A stretch of DNA of 64,000 nt from NCBI RefSeq assembly GCF_009914755.1, contig NC_060935.1; one strand, written 5' to 3'. This document shows, one piece after another, positions 27,631-40,540 of this stretch. Origin of the DNA: the human T2T-CHM13v2.0 reference genome, Homo sapiens. A program made the translations under genes and the position numbers. Each line of letters starts with the position of its first letter. The first letter of the stretch is position 1. The notes beneath the pieces were generated by a model. The model was not told the origin of the DNA. It did no database searches and was given only the letters and a program-made list of their open reading frames with translations.

Positions 27631-28334
27631 AGGGCATGAAGAAATTAATTTACATAGGATATCAGAAAGTGTTCTCTGAAAAGAGTATTTCTGATTGAAG
27701 ACACAAAGTTAGAAAGGGAACCAGTCATAGGATAGCTTCAGGAAGAGCCAGACAGGCAAGAAGAAAAAGGCAGGGGCACATTTCGTGTGTTCCAGGAATA
27801 TCAAGGAAGTCAGTGAGGGCAGAAGGGAGTAAGCAAAAGAAGAATGGAGTGAGAGGCTTTTCCCATCTCTTAAGGCAGCAAGGACAAGATGGCCTGGGGC
27901 TGTGTAGATCACAGGATGGGCTTTGGATTTGATGTAGAGATGGAGAGTCTTGAGCAGAGGAGTAACATGATCTGAATTAGGTTTGAAAAGGATCATTCTG
28001 GCTGCTATATGGCGAACAGGCTGAGGAGGCAAGAGCATAAGTTTATAGGCCAGGTGGGAGATCAGAGGAGAGATGACCATGACTTGGCCCAAGTAGCAAC
28101 GGAGGTGGTTAGAAAATGTTGCATTCTCCCAGAAGGATGTGCTGATGGGTTGGATGTGGGTTACAAGAGAAAGAGAAGACTCAAGGATTATCTAATGCTT
28201 TTGGAATACATAACTGAAAGCCTGAAGATGTCCCTTAATGATATGGCAAAGATTAAGAAAGAAAGAGGTTTTAGGGATAATGCCGGTGTTGAGTTTTGGA
28301 TATGTTAAGTTTGTAATGTCTATTCTTCATCTCA

Positions 28335-28600
28335 GCAGGCAATCACATAGTGTATTTATTCATTAAGAACATGGATTGTAAAGCCCAAGTGCCTGTTTCA
28401 AATCCCAGTTTTATCACTAACTTGTATGACCTTGGGATACTTACTTTACCTGTTTGTTCTCAGTGTAGAATAGGGATAATGGGGTCTGTAGAATAGGGAT
28501 AATAATCAATCGCAATGAGGATTAAATAAGTTAATGCATGTAAAGTGCTTGGGACTGTGCACTGCACAAAGTAAGCACTACACTAAAACATGTTAAAATA
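28335..28600 (+). mobile_element. MIR, near full length
   Basis: ttcaaatcccag...tatgaccttggg...atgaggattaaataagttaatgcatgtaaagtgctt...gcacaaagtaagcact. Confidence 0.8.
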
Positions 28601-29256
28601 TTGAATAGATAGATATACGAGTTCAGAATTCAGAACAGAGGACTGGGCTGTATGTAGCAAGCTGCAGTCATCAGAGCATAGATGCTATTTCAGCCATGGG
28701 ACTGGATGAGGTCATCTAGGGAGTGAGTGCAGATGGAGAAGGTAAAATCACCAGATATGGAGTCCTGGAGCATTCCAAGGTTTAGAGGTGAAAAAAAGAT
28801 GAAGGAATTCAAATGTACAAGTTGTTAATTCATTTTTAGAACTTTACATTTCTTGTGAGCTTTCATATTACTACTTGAAAATTCAGCCGAATGATTCACA
28901 AAGAGCAGCATTCACTTGAAAATGTGTCTGCAGTGGGGCCTGCAGCAGAACCTATTTTGAAATAACACTTGTCATTCTAGGAAGGCGGCTGGAGTGTCAG
29001 AAATGGCCAGCCATGCATTACGCATTTTATTCCCATGAAAAGGAGGGGTAAAGTGGGGAGATGTGATAATTTTTTCAAGGAGAACAGGGTGGCTAAGAAG
29101 TGTTAGCCTTCAAAGTATCCTGCTTATGAGACAACATAGGTACTTACATACTTACCACTGATTTCGGTATGTTGCTTTTTCATATATGATTTTATTAACA
29201 GTTATTAGAATAACTACAATTAGAAGACCAGTTTCTGTCTTTTATGGGTGACACCT

Positions 29257-31370
29257 GTTTTTTATTGTGGTAAAAATATATCTATAAAACATAAGATTTG
29301 TTATTTTACCATTTTAAAATGTACGATTCAATGGCATTAATTACATCCATGGAGTTGTTCAACTATCACCACTATCTAGCTCCAAAACATTTTCATCACC
29401 CCAAACAGAAACTCTGTAATGCATTAAACAATAGCTCACCATTCCCCTCTTACCCTATCCCTTGGTAACTTCTAACCTACTTTCTTTCTTTATGCATTTG
29501 CCTGTTCCAGATATTTTATATAAGTGGCAAATACAGTATTTGTCCTTTTTTATCTGGTTTATTTCACTTAGCAAAGTATACTTTCAACGTTCATCCATGT
29601 TGTAGCATGTAGTAGAACTATATTCCTTTTTATACCTGAATAATATTCCATTGTATGTACACACACACCACCCAGATTTTGTTTAACTATTCATCTGTTT
29701 TCTTTAAATGTTTGGTAGAATTCACTAGTGAAGTTATCAGGGCCTGGAATTTTCTTTGTTGAGAGGTTTTTGATTATTGATATGGAATTTTTCTTCTTTT
29801 TTATTGTAGGAATTTGTAGCTATAAATTTCCTCTGAACACTTCTTTTGCTGCATCCCATAAGTTTTGGTATGTTGTGATTTCATTTTCATTCATCTCAAA
29901 ATATTTTCTAAATTTACTTGTGATTTCTTCTTTGACCCATTGGTTGTTTCTATGTTGTTTAATTTCCACAAGATTGTGAATTTTCCAGCTTTCCTTCTGT
30001 TACTGATTTCTAGTTCCATTCCACTGTGGTCAGAGAAGATATTTTGCATAATTTTAATCTTTATAAATTTATTGAGACTTGTTTTGTGGCTTAACATATG
30101 GTCTAGTTTGATGACTGTTCCATGTGCACTTGAGAATAATGTGTGTTATGCTATTGTCAGTAGAGTGTTCCATATACAGTCAATCTTCATTATTCATAGA
30201 TTGCATAATTCCCAATTAGCCCACCCACTAAAAATTGTTTGTAATTCTGAAATCACATAGCTTTTACATTCATTTGAGGACATGTTCGGAGCAGTGAAAA
30301 ATATGAGTTGTCTGAGACACACATTCTCAACTCAGACTGAACAAGGCGTTGCTCTGCCTTCTTTTTTAAGTTCCCATGCTATGAGCAAGTGTCCTTTTGG
30401 TTATCTATGCAGTGCTATGCTTTTCATATTTTTGTTTATTATTAATGTTTTTTCTGTTTAACATGGTTCCTAAGCACACTATTGCAGTGCTGTCTGGTGT
30501 TTCTAAGTGCAAGAAGGTTGCGGCATGCCTTACAGATAAAATGTATGTTAGATAGTCGTTATTAAGGAACAAGTTATAGTGCTATTGATTATGAGTTCAA
30601 TGTTAATAAATAAATAATATATATTGAATAAAGTGTCTTTAAACAGAAATACATATAAAACAAACTTACGTATTGATCAGTTGATGGAAACGTTACCAGA
30701 GTAACTCTGCATTTTGCCTAAGAGTAACAATTTAATATTTGCCCTAAAGTTCATGGTGACTTTATAGAACATTACTACCGCAAATAGCATAAATCAATTG
30801 TATTTCTATTAGGTTTAGTTTGTGTATATTGTTCAACTCTTTTATTCCCTTATTAATCTCTGTCTACATATTCTATCCATTATTGAAAATGGTATTAAAA
30901 ACTCCAACTATTATTGTAGAACTGTTTCTCTCTTCAATTCTGCCAATGTTTGCTGCATATATTTTGGGGTTCTGTTGTTTAGTGTATACATGTTTATAAT
31001 TGTTATATCTTCTTGATGAACTCACCCTTTATCACCATATAATGTCTGTCTTTGTCTCTTGTAACAGTTTTTGGCTTAGAATCTATTTTGTTGGATATTA
31101 CCATAGCCACTCCAATTTTTTTGGTTGTAATTTGCATAAAATATCTTTTTCCATCCTGTACTTTCAAGCTATTTGTCTTTTTGAATCTAACATGAATCTC
31201 TTGTAGACAGCATGTAATTTAATCATGGTTTTGGTTTATTTTCTGATCCATTTTCCAATCTCTGCCTTTTTATTTGAAAGTTGAATCTATTTATATTTGA
31301 AGTAATTACTGATAAGGAAGGAACTGCTTCTATCATTTTGCTGTTTGTTTTTGTATGCCTCATAGTTTCT
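29257..31370 (-). mobile_element. L1MB-type element with large internal deletions (3' end joined to ORF2 5' region), interrupted by MER82
   Basis: 3' UTR 29257-29700, jump to aaatgtttggtagaattcac, then EN-region ORF (HKTSLNKFIKIKIMQNIFSDHSGMELEI). Confidence 0.85.
30177..30800. mobile_element. TcMar-Tigger non-autonomous element (MER82-type)
   Basis: TA duplications at 30175-76 and 30801-02, termini cagtcaatc.../...aatcaattg, internal ctgaacaaggcgttgctctgccttc and ctaagtgcaagaagg. Confidence 0.8.
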
Positions 31371-31647
31371 GTGGTTGGCATAAATATATTTATCAGCTCA
31401 AAAAAAAAAAAAAGAAAAGAAAGGAATAAAAGAGAAACAAAATGAGGCAAAGGCTTACAATTGTTCCAAATAAAAATTGTTATTTTTTTTATCTAACTAT
31501 CTTTTCTCTAATGAGAAAACCATCTTTAACCTTTAAGTAAAACTAATTTAGTAGGATGCATATTCTGAGTTGAAGACTCATAGGGTTTCAGCACTGTGGC
31601 TCACGGCTCCTTAACTTATTGGTCCTAGAAGAAAAAGCTGAGAATGA

Positions 31648-31926
<279 letters not shown>

Positions 31927-32620
31927 TAAGAAGAATAAAAAAATTCCTGACGTTTGTGGAGCTTCTAGCAGGCTGTGTGCTAGACCCTTTTACTTTCTCA
32001 TTTTGATGAGGACTTGAACTAATCAAATAATATCCATTAACTACTGGTCTTGAGGGGCCTTAATACATTTCATTTTCGAATGAAGCCTTCAACCATTGCT
32101 CTTCATTTACATCTATAAGCAATCCAGCTTTTTGAAGGTTCAAGGGAGCTTTAATATTTCTGAGCAAGCATCTATCTATATTCCATCTCCAAGATCCTTT
32201 TTTCTTAAATCACTCCGCAGTGCTTGAGGATAGGGCAGAAGAGTTCCACTCTCTCCAATGCCTCTTAGAATAAAATAAAGCCAGCACTCAACTTTTTAAC
32301 TTTATATTCAATTTTCCTAATTATTAAGAATAAAACAAACAAAATAAGCTGAAATGCTTTTATTTTTGATCATAGGCATAAAACCATCCTGGAAAGGAAG
32401 AGTGAGTTATTAGCCTTCCTCAGTAGAACAGTGGTTTCCAAATTTTCTTTGAGGATTAAAAACAATAACCATTTTTCTTTAATAAAAAAGCTATAAACAG
32501 ACTTCCAAAATATAAACACAGAGAGGCAGAACTGCTCAGTTTGAAACTACAGGAAAGGGGAAGATGCGGAGTCTGAAGCTGTGGCCCTGCTCCCAGTCTT
32601 CACCCCACAATTCTGTTTAC

Positions 32621-32797
32621 CAAGAGTTCTCAACCTTGGCTATACTATATTAGAATTGCCAGAGGATTTAAAAAACCCTGATACCTGGTTTTCCCCAGAC
32701 CAACTAAATAAGAATATCTGGGGGATAAAACAGAGGTATCACTATGTTTTGAAATTCTACAGGTGAATCCAAAATTTAAGTGAGGTTGGAACCATTG
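32621..32797. mobile_element. MER5A/B
   Basis: gttctcaaccttggct...ttagaatt...ccccagacc...aattctacaggtgaatcc...ggttggaaccattg. Confidence 0.7.
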
Positions 32798-34264
32798 CAA
32801 GAAAGGGAGAGAAACGGTCTATTTTTTATTTGACAGCAGTCATAAGCTTTTCCCCCCATTATCCAAAATACCCAGAAGTGACAGAGCTATCTGGATAGCT
32901 GGATTAATATAATTTCTTTCGCTTTGCTGTTGTTTCACACATGACTGGGTTAGAATAGAAAGTGAGCTTTTTTAGGGTATAACAATGTCATCAGATCTTT
33001 TACTTTATTGTTTAAAATAAAATAGCCCATATGCTTACAACCAAACAACTTGCTCTTTTGTAATTTGACCCCTGAAGAGAATATTTTTCAGAAGGAATTA
33101 TGCCAGAGTCAAAAGAACGAGAAAAATTAAAATCATCCCTACTTTGAAAAGTTAAGTGATTAGAGAAAAATCTATGGAGAATATCTCATTCTTATCATTA
33201 TGTCTTCTCTCTATTGTATCAGGAGACAATAAAGGGAATTAATTAAGAGGCTCTCTCTAGCATCATTAACAGAGAACTCCTCTTTGTCTGATTATGATTT
33301 CAGGAGATCAAAATGTTTCTACCTCTGAAGATTAGAACTATAAGGACCTTTTCCCCCCACTTCACCTCAGGAAGCTCTCTTTGTCCTTACTGAAGGTATT
33401 TAAACAGAAACAACTTAATGGATTTGGATATTAAAAAATCAATTGAAGAATCAAAACACTATAAAAATTGCCAATGAAAAAGCTAGTAATAAACATATTT
33501 TGGAAAGAAAATTTTAAAATTCATGCAATAAAGGTATGATGAGACCAGGGAGTGAATGAATAAACAATAAAAATAAAGATAGCAATTTCCAAAAGAAACA
33601 GGCTTGGGGTTTTCTAATTCTAAGGCTTCTTTCATTTTGCTTTAAATGAATTTAATTCCTACAAGGCAATCCTAGTAAGGAAATCTCTTCTTATCATTTT
33701 ATGCATGTTGAGAACAAGTAGAGAATGAAGTATGGGCTGTGTGTGTGGATTTTTGTTCTTATTCAGTGAAATCAACTGGCTAATGAATATTTACTCTCAA
33801 GTTCCCTCTCATTTCAGGGAGATCCAGCCATGCCCATACTGCAGAGCACACCATAAACTGCAGTGTTGATGAAGGGGGAAGGGGCAGACTCTCCTAGCTG
33901 TAATCCCAACACTTTCATATGGAGACTGCCTATGAAAGTCCTTACATCTTCCTGGTTCCCTCATTTCTAGCTTTCAGATGTCACATTGTAAAAATTAAAA
34001 TTGAATTGACATTATTTAAGCACATTGAAAGTTTTCTAGTATTTGAGATCTTTGCATGAGACTATTGCTTCCCAGAGAGATCTGGAACAACCACATTGGG
34101 CAAACGTCTGTCATATCCACAGATCTAGCTTGCACCATTAGGTTTCAGGCACAGAGAAGAAAGAGCATCTTTAACCAAAGCCAAAATTGCAAACTATATC
34201 ATAAGGAAAGGAAAGGGGAACTAAGTAGAAATGGGAGGGGAAGAGGAAAAGAAATAACAATGGA

Positions 34265-34445
34265 TTGAGCACTTTTTATATCCAAGGTATAATACAAGCC
34301 TCTTTATGTGATTATCATCAAATGAAGACAGAGAAGCTCAGATGGGTTAGTTGATTTGCTCAAACCTGCTTTGCTAGAAAGTGGGGAACCTGCAATTTTA
34401 CCCTGCTTTCTTGGGTTCCAGATCACTTGTCACTCTGCCATTTCA
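34265..34445 (-). mobile_element. MIR
   Basis: aaatgaagacagagaagctcagatgggttagttgatttgctcaa...gctagaaagtgg. Confidence 0.55.
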
Positions 34446-35029
34446 CAGAAAAAGTACAAAACAGATTAAACAAATAAGCAATACAAAAGGCAAAGTGCAA
34501 GACGTAATACCTATTTGTTCTAACCCTTAAATGTAGCTCTTCTCATTGTCCAGATGGGCTATGATGTAAGGACACTTGCCTCAAATGGTCAAAGCACATT
34601 GGCAGACATTTCCATGCATCCCTCCGGCTGCCACAGCCTGCCATGTGGGTGCAGACTCTCTGCCAGTGGAGCCTTCTGCTGTTGACGTTGCCTATGGGCC
34701 TCCTCATCTCCCTGAGCCTGGAAACCCAGCTCCATGATGTTGTAAGGGCTGCCCTCTTGCTGATAACTGCCAAATTTCCTTGATGTTCAAGGGCTTGGAA
34801 GAGCCCAACATTTGAGTAGCTCAGTGCACAGATGGATTCAGAATTTCAGGGTGCTGGAGCTGAAGATTCAGAAATGTGAGACATTCTAGGGAGATGTTGA
34901 CTTAGCTCCAAGCATTAGGGCTCCTCAGATTAAAAACATCTAACCCATCTACAATACAAGAATTTTAAAGTGATCTGTGGATTTGAGTTGTTATAAGAAC
35001 TATTTTGCTTACATTATAAGAACGTTATT

Positions 35030-35240
35030 CATGACCATTTATTAAAGACTTCTAGTGCTTTTGTATATATAGCTTATCTGTTGTCTTCGTAATGACTCTA
35101 TCGTAAAATCTTAGCCCCATGTTTAGCTGAAGAAATGAATGCTCAGACAAGGTAGGCCATTTGCCCAAATTCACACAGCAACTAAATTATAGAATGGGAA
35201 TTCTAACCCAAGTCTGATTCCAGAGTAAGTGTTGTACAAT
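35030..35240 (-). mobile_element. MIR
   Basis: gctgaagaaatgaatgctcagac...ttgcccaaattcacacagc...ggaattctaacccaagtctgattccagag. Confidence 0.7.
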
Positions 35241-35444
35241 TGCCCCCCTAATAATGGGTAAAGTCAATGTGTGTGGGCTAAGCTGGTAACCTAATAATCA
35301 CTTAACTTCTATTTTTTAATCTATATTTTTCTAATCACAAATTTAAATTGAGAATTCCAGTTATGTAATTATCTACTAATGAATAATAACTACTTATTAC
35401 CAAGGCATACTACTAAATATGTTTACTCAAAAGTGCATTTCATT

Positions 35445-35868
35445 TTGAAAATTTTGTTTTTAATTGACACACAATATTATGCTTATTTATGAGGTACAGT
35501 GTGGTATTTTGATACATTCTGTAAAAAATCAAGTCAGGTTATTTAGCATATTCATCACCTCATACATTTGTCTTTCCTTTGTGGTGAGAACATTCAAAAT
35601 CCTCTCTTTTATGTATTTTGAAACATACAATGCAATATTGTTAACAATAGTCACCCTACTGTTCAAGGGAACATCAGAATTTATTCCTGCTATCTAACTG
35701 TAACTTTGTACCTATTGATCAATCTCTCCCTATTCTCCCCTCCTCCCTCCCCTCCCCAGCTTCAGTGACAACTATTATACTATCTGCTTTAATGAGATCA
35801 ACTTCTTTAGATTCCACATATGAGTGAGATCATGTGGTATTTATCTTTCTGTGCCTGGCTTATTTCAC
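35445..35868 (-). mobile_element. L1MA 3' end
   Basis: tttgtggtgagaacattcaaaatcctctc...ttagattccacatatgagtgagatcatg...tgtgcctggcttatttcac. Confidence 0.85.
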
Positions 35869-35869
35869 A

Positions 35870-36300
35870 GAGTGCTGCACACACTGGTTTTTCTCAACAT
35901 AACATATCTTAAAGCCTTTCCCATATCAGCACATACAGTTCTAGCTCATGTCTTAATGACTATAATTTTTCATTATATGGTTGTATTTAACAGAGCCAAT
36001 GCTAATGAATGTCTAAGTGGTTACCAGTTTTTTTGTAATTGCAAAAATGGTTTCAGTGAATCTTTTTTGAACATAATTTTGGCATACTATACCAGTACAT
36101 CTACTGGCTAAATTTTTAGCAGAATTGTGGAGTCAGTGTACAGGCAAAACATTGATAAATGTTGCCTAATTGTGTTTCAAAGGAGTTGAATCTGTTTACC
36201 TTACCAGACACAGTGTATGAAGGGGCTCATTTCCCTTTAAACTTGTGAATACTGGGCATTCTCAAATTTTAATTTTTGTGCTAATCTGATAGATAAATTA
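35870..36300 (-). mobile_element. Old L1M (L1ME/MC-type) 3' fragment
   Basis: tttcccatatcagcacatacag, cattgataaatgttgcctaattg, cagtgtatgaagggg...aatactggg...ctaatctgatag. Confidence 0.55.
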
Positions 36301-37014
36301 TGAAACCTTTATTTTTGAGATAAAATTCATATAACACAAAATTGACCCTTTAAAAGTATATAATTCTGTGGCTTTTAGTATATTCATGTTGTGCAACCAT
36401 TACCACAATCTAATTGTAGAATATTTTCATAACACTAGAAAGAAACATCATACTTATTAGCAGTCACTCTCCATTCTCCCCTCCCTCAATCTAGTCCCTG
36501 GCTACCACTAATCCACTTTCTGCCTGTATAGATTTGCTTATTCTGAACATGTCACATAAATGGAATTATACAATATGTGAGCTTTTGTGTCTCAGTTCTT
36601 TCACTGAACATGTTTTTAAGATTTATCCATGATGTAGCCATGAATTAGTATTTTCTTTTTATGGCTGAATAACATTCTTTGTTTGGATATACTACAATTT
36701 GTTTAACTATTAATCAGTTGATGGACATTGAGATTGTTTACACTTTATGACTATTAACAATTTTGTTATGATAATTTATGTACAAATTTTTGCATGAACA
36801 TAGGTTTCAGTTCTCATTGGATATATACCTAAGAGTGGAATTCCTGGGTCACATGGTATCTCTATGTTTAACATTTTGCAGAACTGCCAAACTGTTTTTC
36901 CAAAATGGCTGTATCACTTTACATTCCCCCCAAAATGCACAAGGGTTTTAATTTCTTTAATCCTCACCAATACTTATTATTGTCTATCTTTTTGATTGTA
37001 GCCATCTTCGTGGG

Positions 37015-37376
37015 TGATATGGTTTGGCTCTGTGTCCCCACCCAAATCTCATCCTAAATTTTAATCCCCATAATCCCCACATGTCGAGGAAGAGACCTGG
37101 TGGGAGGTGATTGGATCTTGGGGGTGGTTACCCCCATGCTGTTCGTGTGATAGTGAGTGAGTTCTCATGAGCTCTGATGGTTTTATAAGGGACTTTTCTC
37201 CCTTTGCTCTCTCTCACCTGCCGCCATGTAAGATGTGCCTGCTTCCCCTTCTGCCATGATCGTAAGTTTCCTGAGGCCTTTCTAGCCACGTGGAACTGTG
37301 AGTCAATTAAATCTCTTTTCTTTATAGATTACCGAGTCTTGGGCAGTTCTTTATAGCAGTGTGAAAACAGACTACA
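37015..37376 (+). mobile_element. THE1D-type MaLR solo LTR
   Basis: tgatatggtttggctctgtgtccccacccaaatctc...ggaactgtgagtcaattaaa...gcagtgtgaaaacagact. Confidence 0.92.
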
Positions 37377-37524
37377 TATCTTGAAGGCTTTCCCATATCA
37401 GGACATACAGTTCTAGCTCACGTTTTAATGACTATATTTTTTCATTATATGATTGTGTCTAACAGAGTCCATGACGATGAATGACTAAGTGGCTCCCAGT
37501 TTTTTTTGTTATTGCAAACAATGG
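37374..37524 (+). repeat. ~150-bp copy of 35902-36050
   Basis: Manual alignment gives about 19 differences in about 150 nt. Confidence 0.9.
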
Positions 37525-38737
37525 GCTATAAAGTTGTATCTCTAGATGGTTTTGATTTGCATTTCCTTAATAATTATCTTGAGCATCTTTTCATGTGCTT
37601 ATTGGCCATTTGAACATTTTTTTGTAGAAATATCTATTTAAGTTCTTTGTTCACCTTTATTATTGAATTATTTGTGTTCCAATTGTTGAGTTCTAAGAGT
37701 TGTTTCTATATTCTGGATACCATATTCGTATCAGATAAATGATTCGTAAATATTTTCTTCCACTCTAGAGGGTTGTCTTTTTACTTTCCTGAGAGTATGT
37801 TTTGTAGCACAACAGTCTTTAATTTTGATGAAGTCCAACTTATCTATTATTTTTCTTTGGTTTCTTGTGCTTTAGGTGTCATATCTAAGAAACCATTGCC
37901 TAATATAAATATTTATACCGACATTTTCTTCTAGGAGTTGTATAGTTGTCGCTGTTACATTTAGATCTTTGATTCATTTTGAGTTAATTTTTGTATATGG
38001 TGAGAGTTAGGGTCCAAGTTCATTCTTTTGCATGGAGCTGTCCATTTTTCACAACACCACTTACTGAAAAAACTATTCTTTACCCATTGAATTGTCTTGG
38101 CACTATTTTTGAAAATTAATTGCTTCCACATTTATTGCTTAATTTCTAGACTTTCAATTATATTCCATTAGTCTATATGTCTATCCTTATACCAGTACCA
38201 CACAGTCTTGATTATTATTGTTTTGTAGCCAGTTTTGAAATTGGGAAGTGTGGGCTATCCAACTTTGTTCTTTTTCAAGATTTTTGGCTATCTTATGTCA
38301 CTTGCACTTTCATATGAACTTTAGAGTCAGCTTGTAAATTTCTGCAAAGAAGTCATCTGGGATTTTAATAAATATTACATTGAATTTGAATCTGTACATT
38401 GATTTGGGGACTATTGTCATCTTAACAATATTATCTTCTAATCTATGAGCAGGAGATACACTTACATTTATTTAAGTAGTCTTTAATCATTCATAGTTTA
38501 ATCACTCTTCTACTTCTTTTGATGCATTTATTATTTTCGATGCTACTGTAAGTAGATTTTCTTGATATTTCATTTTCAGAATGATCATTGCTATTGTACA
38601 GAAATCCCTGTATCCTGCAACTTTGCTGAACTTGATTACCAGCTTTCCTAATTTTTTTGTGGATTCATTAAGATTTTCTACAAATAAGATTATGGCAAAT
38701 ACAGATAGCTTTGCTTCTTCCTTTCTAATCTGAGTGC

Positions 38738-38848
38738 TTTTTTGTTGTGGTAAAAAACACATAACATGAGATCTACTCTCTTAACAAATTTTTAAGTGTA
38801 CAATATACATTGTTAACCATAAACACAATGTTGTACAGCAGATGTCTG
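38738..38848 (-). mobile_element. L1MA9/10-type 3' end fragment
   Basis: tgtggtaaaaaacacataacatgagatctactctcttaacaaatttttaagtgtacaata. Confidence 0.75.
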
Positions 38849-38849
38849 A

Positions 38850-39222
38850 GTCCAGCTAAATAATTGGTATTCCAGAATCCACCAGCAGGTCGCATAATGA
38901 AAATTCTCACGAATGAGGCTTTGAAGGTGCTCCAACCTCATTCTGCCCTCTCCACTGACTGCCAGGCTGCCGGTTTTCATCATGATTGTAGGATGTTGGC
39001 TTTTAAGCTCCCATGGAGCTGAGAGGGAAAGGTGGAAATATGTTGAGTTTAAATGCCACAAAGCATGCTGTTCTTATTAGTATTCTGCTCTATTTTTTCA
39101 ATGAAATCTCTCTGGCTTGCAGAAAGCCTTTTGTTAATTTCCAGTGTAGATTCTTAGAATTTTTGTCATGTTTTTCCATTGCTTTTATGGAGGAGAAAAG
39201 TTTCAGAGGACCTCACTCGGCC
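38850..39222 (-). mobile_element. Old L1M 5'-end fragment (L1M4/L1MD-type)
   Basis: ttgttaatttccagtg...ttgcttttatggaggagaaaagtttcagaggacctcactc. Confidence 0.5.
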
Positions 39223-39384
39223 TTTCCCTCCTTCTTTCCCTCCCTCCCTCCCTCCTTCCCTCCCTCCTTCCCTCCTTCCCTCCTTCCCTCCCTTCCCTCC
39301 TTCCCTCCCTTCCTTCCTTCCTTCCTTCCTTCCTTCCTTCCTTCCTTCCTTCCTTCCTTCCTTCCTTCCTTCCTTCCTTCCTTC
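39223..39384. repeat. (TCCC)n/(TTCC)n pure pyrimidine tract derived from an Alu-monomer tail
   Basis: About 160 nt containing only C and T, abutting the monomer. Confidence 0.95.
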
Positions 39385-39485
39385 TTTTTTTGGAGACAGA
39401 GTCTCCTTACGTTGCCCAGGCTGGCTTTGAACTGCTTGTGCTCCTGAGTAGCTGGGACTACAGGTATGTGCTATGGTACCCAGTT
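39385..39485 (-). mobile_element. FLAM/FAM-type Alu monomer with an internal deletion
   Basis: gagacagagtctcc..gttgcccaggctgg..gaact..ctcctgagtagctgggactacagg; tcactc(g/t)gcc flanks tract plus monomer. Confidence 0.8.
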
Positions 39486-39959
39486 TTTCACTCTGCCATT
39501 TTTATTGATATCATCCCACTAGCTTAACTTCTTTGTAAATACTCATTCTGAGTTCCAAGTAACCATTTTACAAATGTACTTTTGGATATTTTTCTTTGTC
39601 TTTTGGAGAGGGCCTAAATTAATCTCTCTCTCACCACTTCCAATAATACAGAGCTAGGCCACAGTCACAGAAGTTACCCCCGCCCCACCCCACCCTATGC
39701 TATGTAATTTGAGAGATGTGACAGGTTCTGCCACCTTCAGATCTCTTTCATACCAGCTTACCTCCGTTGAACTTCCTCCCACTAGAATCACTAAATGGTG
39801 AAAGCACAAAGATCTGGGCACTATCTGGGCTCCAGTTAAACATTCATGATACCAAGAAGCATTGCTAAAAATACTCCTGCCTTATGAGATGATAGATGCA
39901 GGAGGGAATAACACATAGCATGTCCAAGCCTTGGGTAGCCCCAGTGGTGAGGAGACAGA

Positions 39960-40180
39960 ATAGAGGTAGCAGGGTGAGATGGAAAAACAGTGTATTAGTC
40001 TTGCAATTAAAAAACCTAATCTCAAATCTACCCCACATGGCTTTGTAATCTTAATTAAATTGCATATCTAATTTAGTTTCAGTTTTTAATTGGTAAAATG
40101 AATAAAATAATTCTTACCATGTGGAGTTGTCATGAGGATGAAATACATAAAGTGTTGACTGGTATAATACCTGGCATAGA
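39960..40180 (+). mobile_element. MIR
   Basis: tttcagtttttaattggtaaaatg...gagttgtcatgaggatgaaat...acctggcatag. Confidence 0.6.
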
Positions 40181-40404
40181 GGAGATGAATCTAGAGATGC
40201 AGATCTGATGAGTTAATAGGTGCATAGTGGGCAGACTGAGGACATGGACGTCTCTGTGACTAAGGAAAGACTGCAGTCCTGGAATGTGAGCTTTCTGTTG
40301 GCCAGAACTTTGCCTTCTAGTTCATGGCTGAATCACAGTGTCTAATGCAGGACTGTCACACACAGTAAATGCCTTATAAAATACTTGGCTATTCTTTTTG
40401 TTTC

Positions 40405-40540
40405 TTAAACCTCCAGAAAACAAGATTTCACAACCTCCATCAGTAATCATTTAGGCATTTAATAACCCTGCTGGGGAACATTTCTTGACAGCTTTCTAAC
40501 TCCCTTTTGTTGCAGCTAGAAACCATTTCAGCTTAACTCA
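40405..40540 (-). mobile_element. L3/CR1 LINE relic
   Basis: agatttcacaacctccatcagtaatcatt...tttaataaccct...ttgcagctagaaaccatttc resembles antisense L3 3' region. Confidence 0.5.

Larger units (their letters stand above)
24950..28810 (-). mobile_element. L2 element split by L1PB1 (25149-27630) and MIR (28335-28600)
   Basis: L2 3' end ttcaacaaatacttactgaatgcc; resumes ~27630 (aaaggatcattctggctgct, gctgatgggttggatgtggg) and ~28600 (agtcatcagagcatagatg...gccatgggactggatgag). Confidence 0.75.
36308..38735 (-). mobile_element. L1MB-type 3' part, interrupted by a THE1 LTR
   Basis: 3' UTR gagataaaattcatataac...; ORF2 remnant KEEAKLSVFA..ILFVENLNESTKKL (38502..38762). Confidence 0.88.

Noticed and set aside
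39013-39527. Longest ORF (144 aa, PSFL repeats)
   Set aside because: Translation of the TTCC tract plus the Alu monomer.
39677-39694. Minus-strand G-quadruplex motif (four C-runs)
   Set aside because: A common isolated motif with no functional context.
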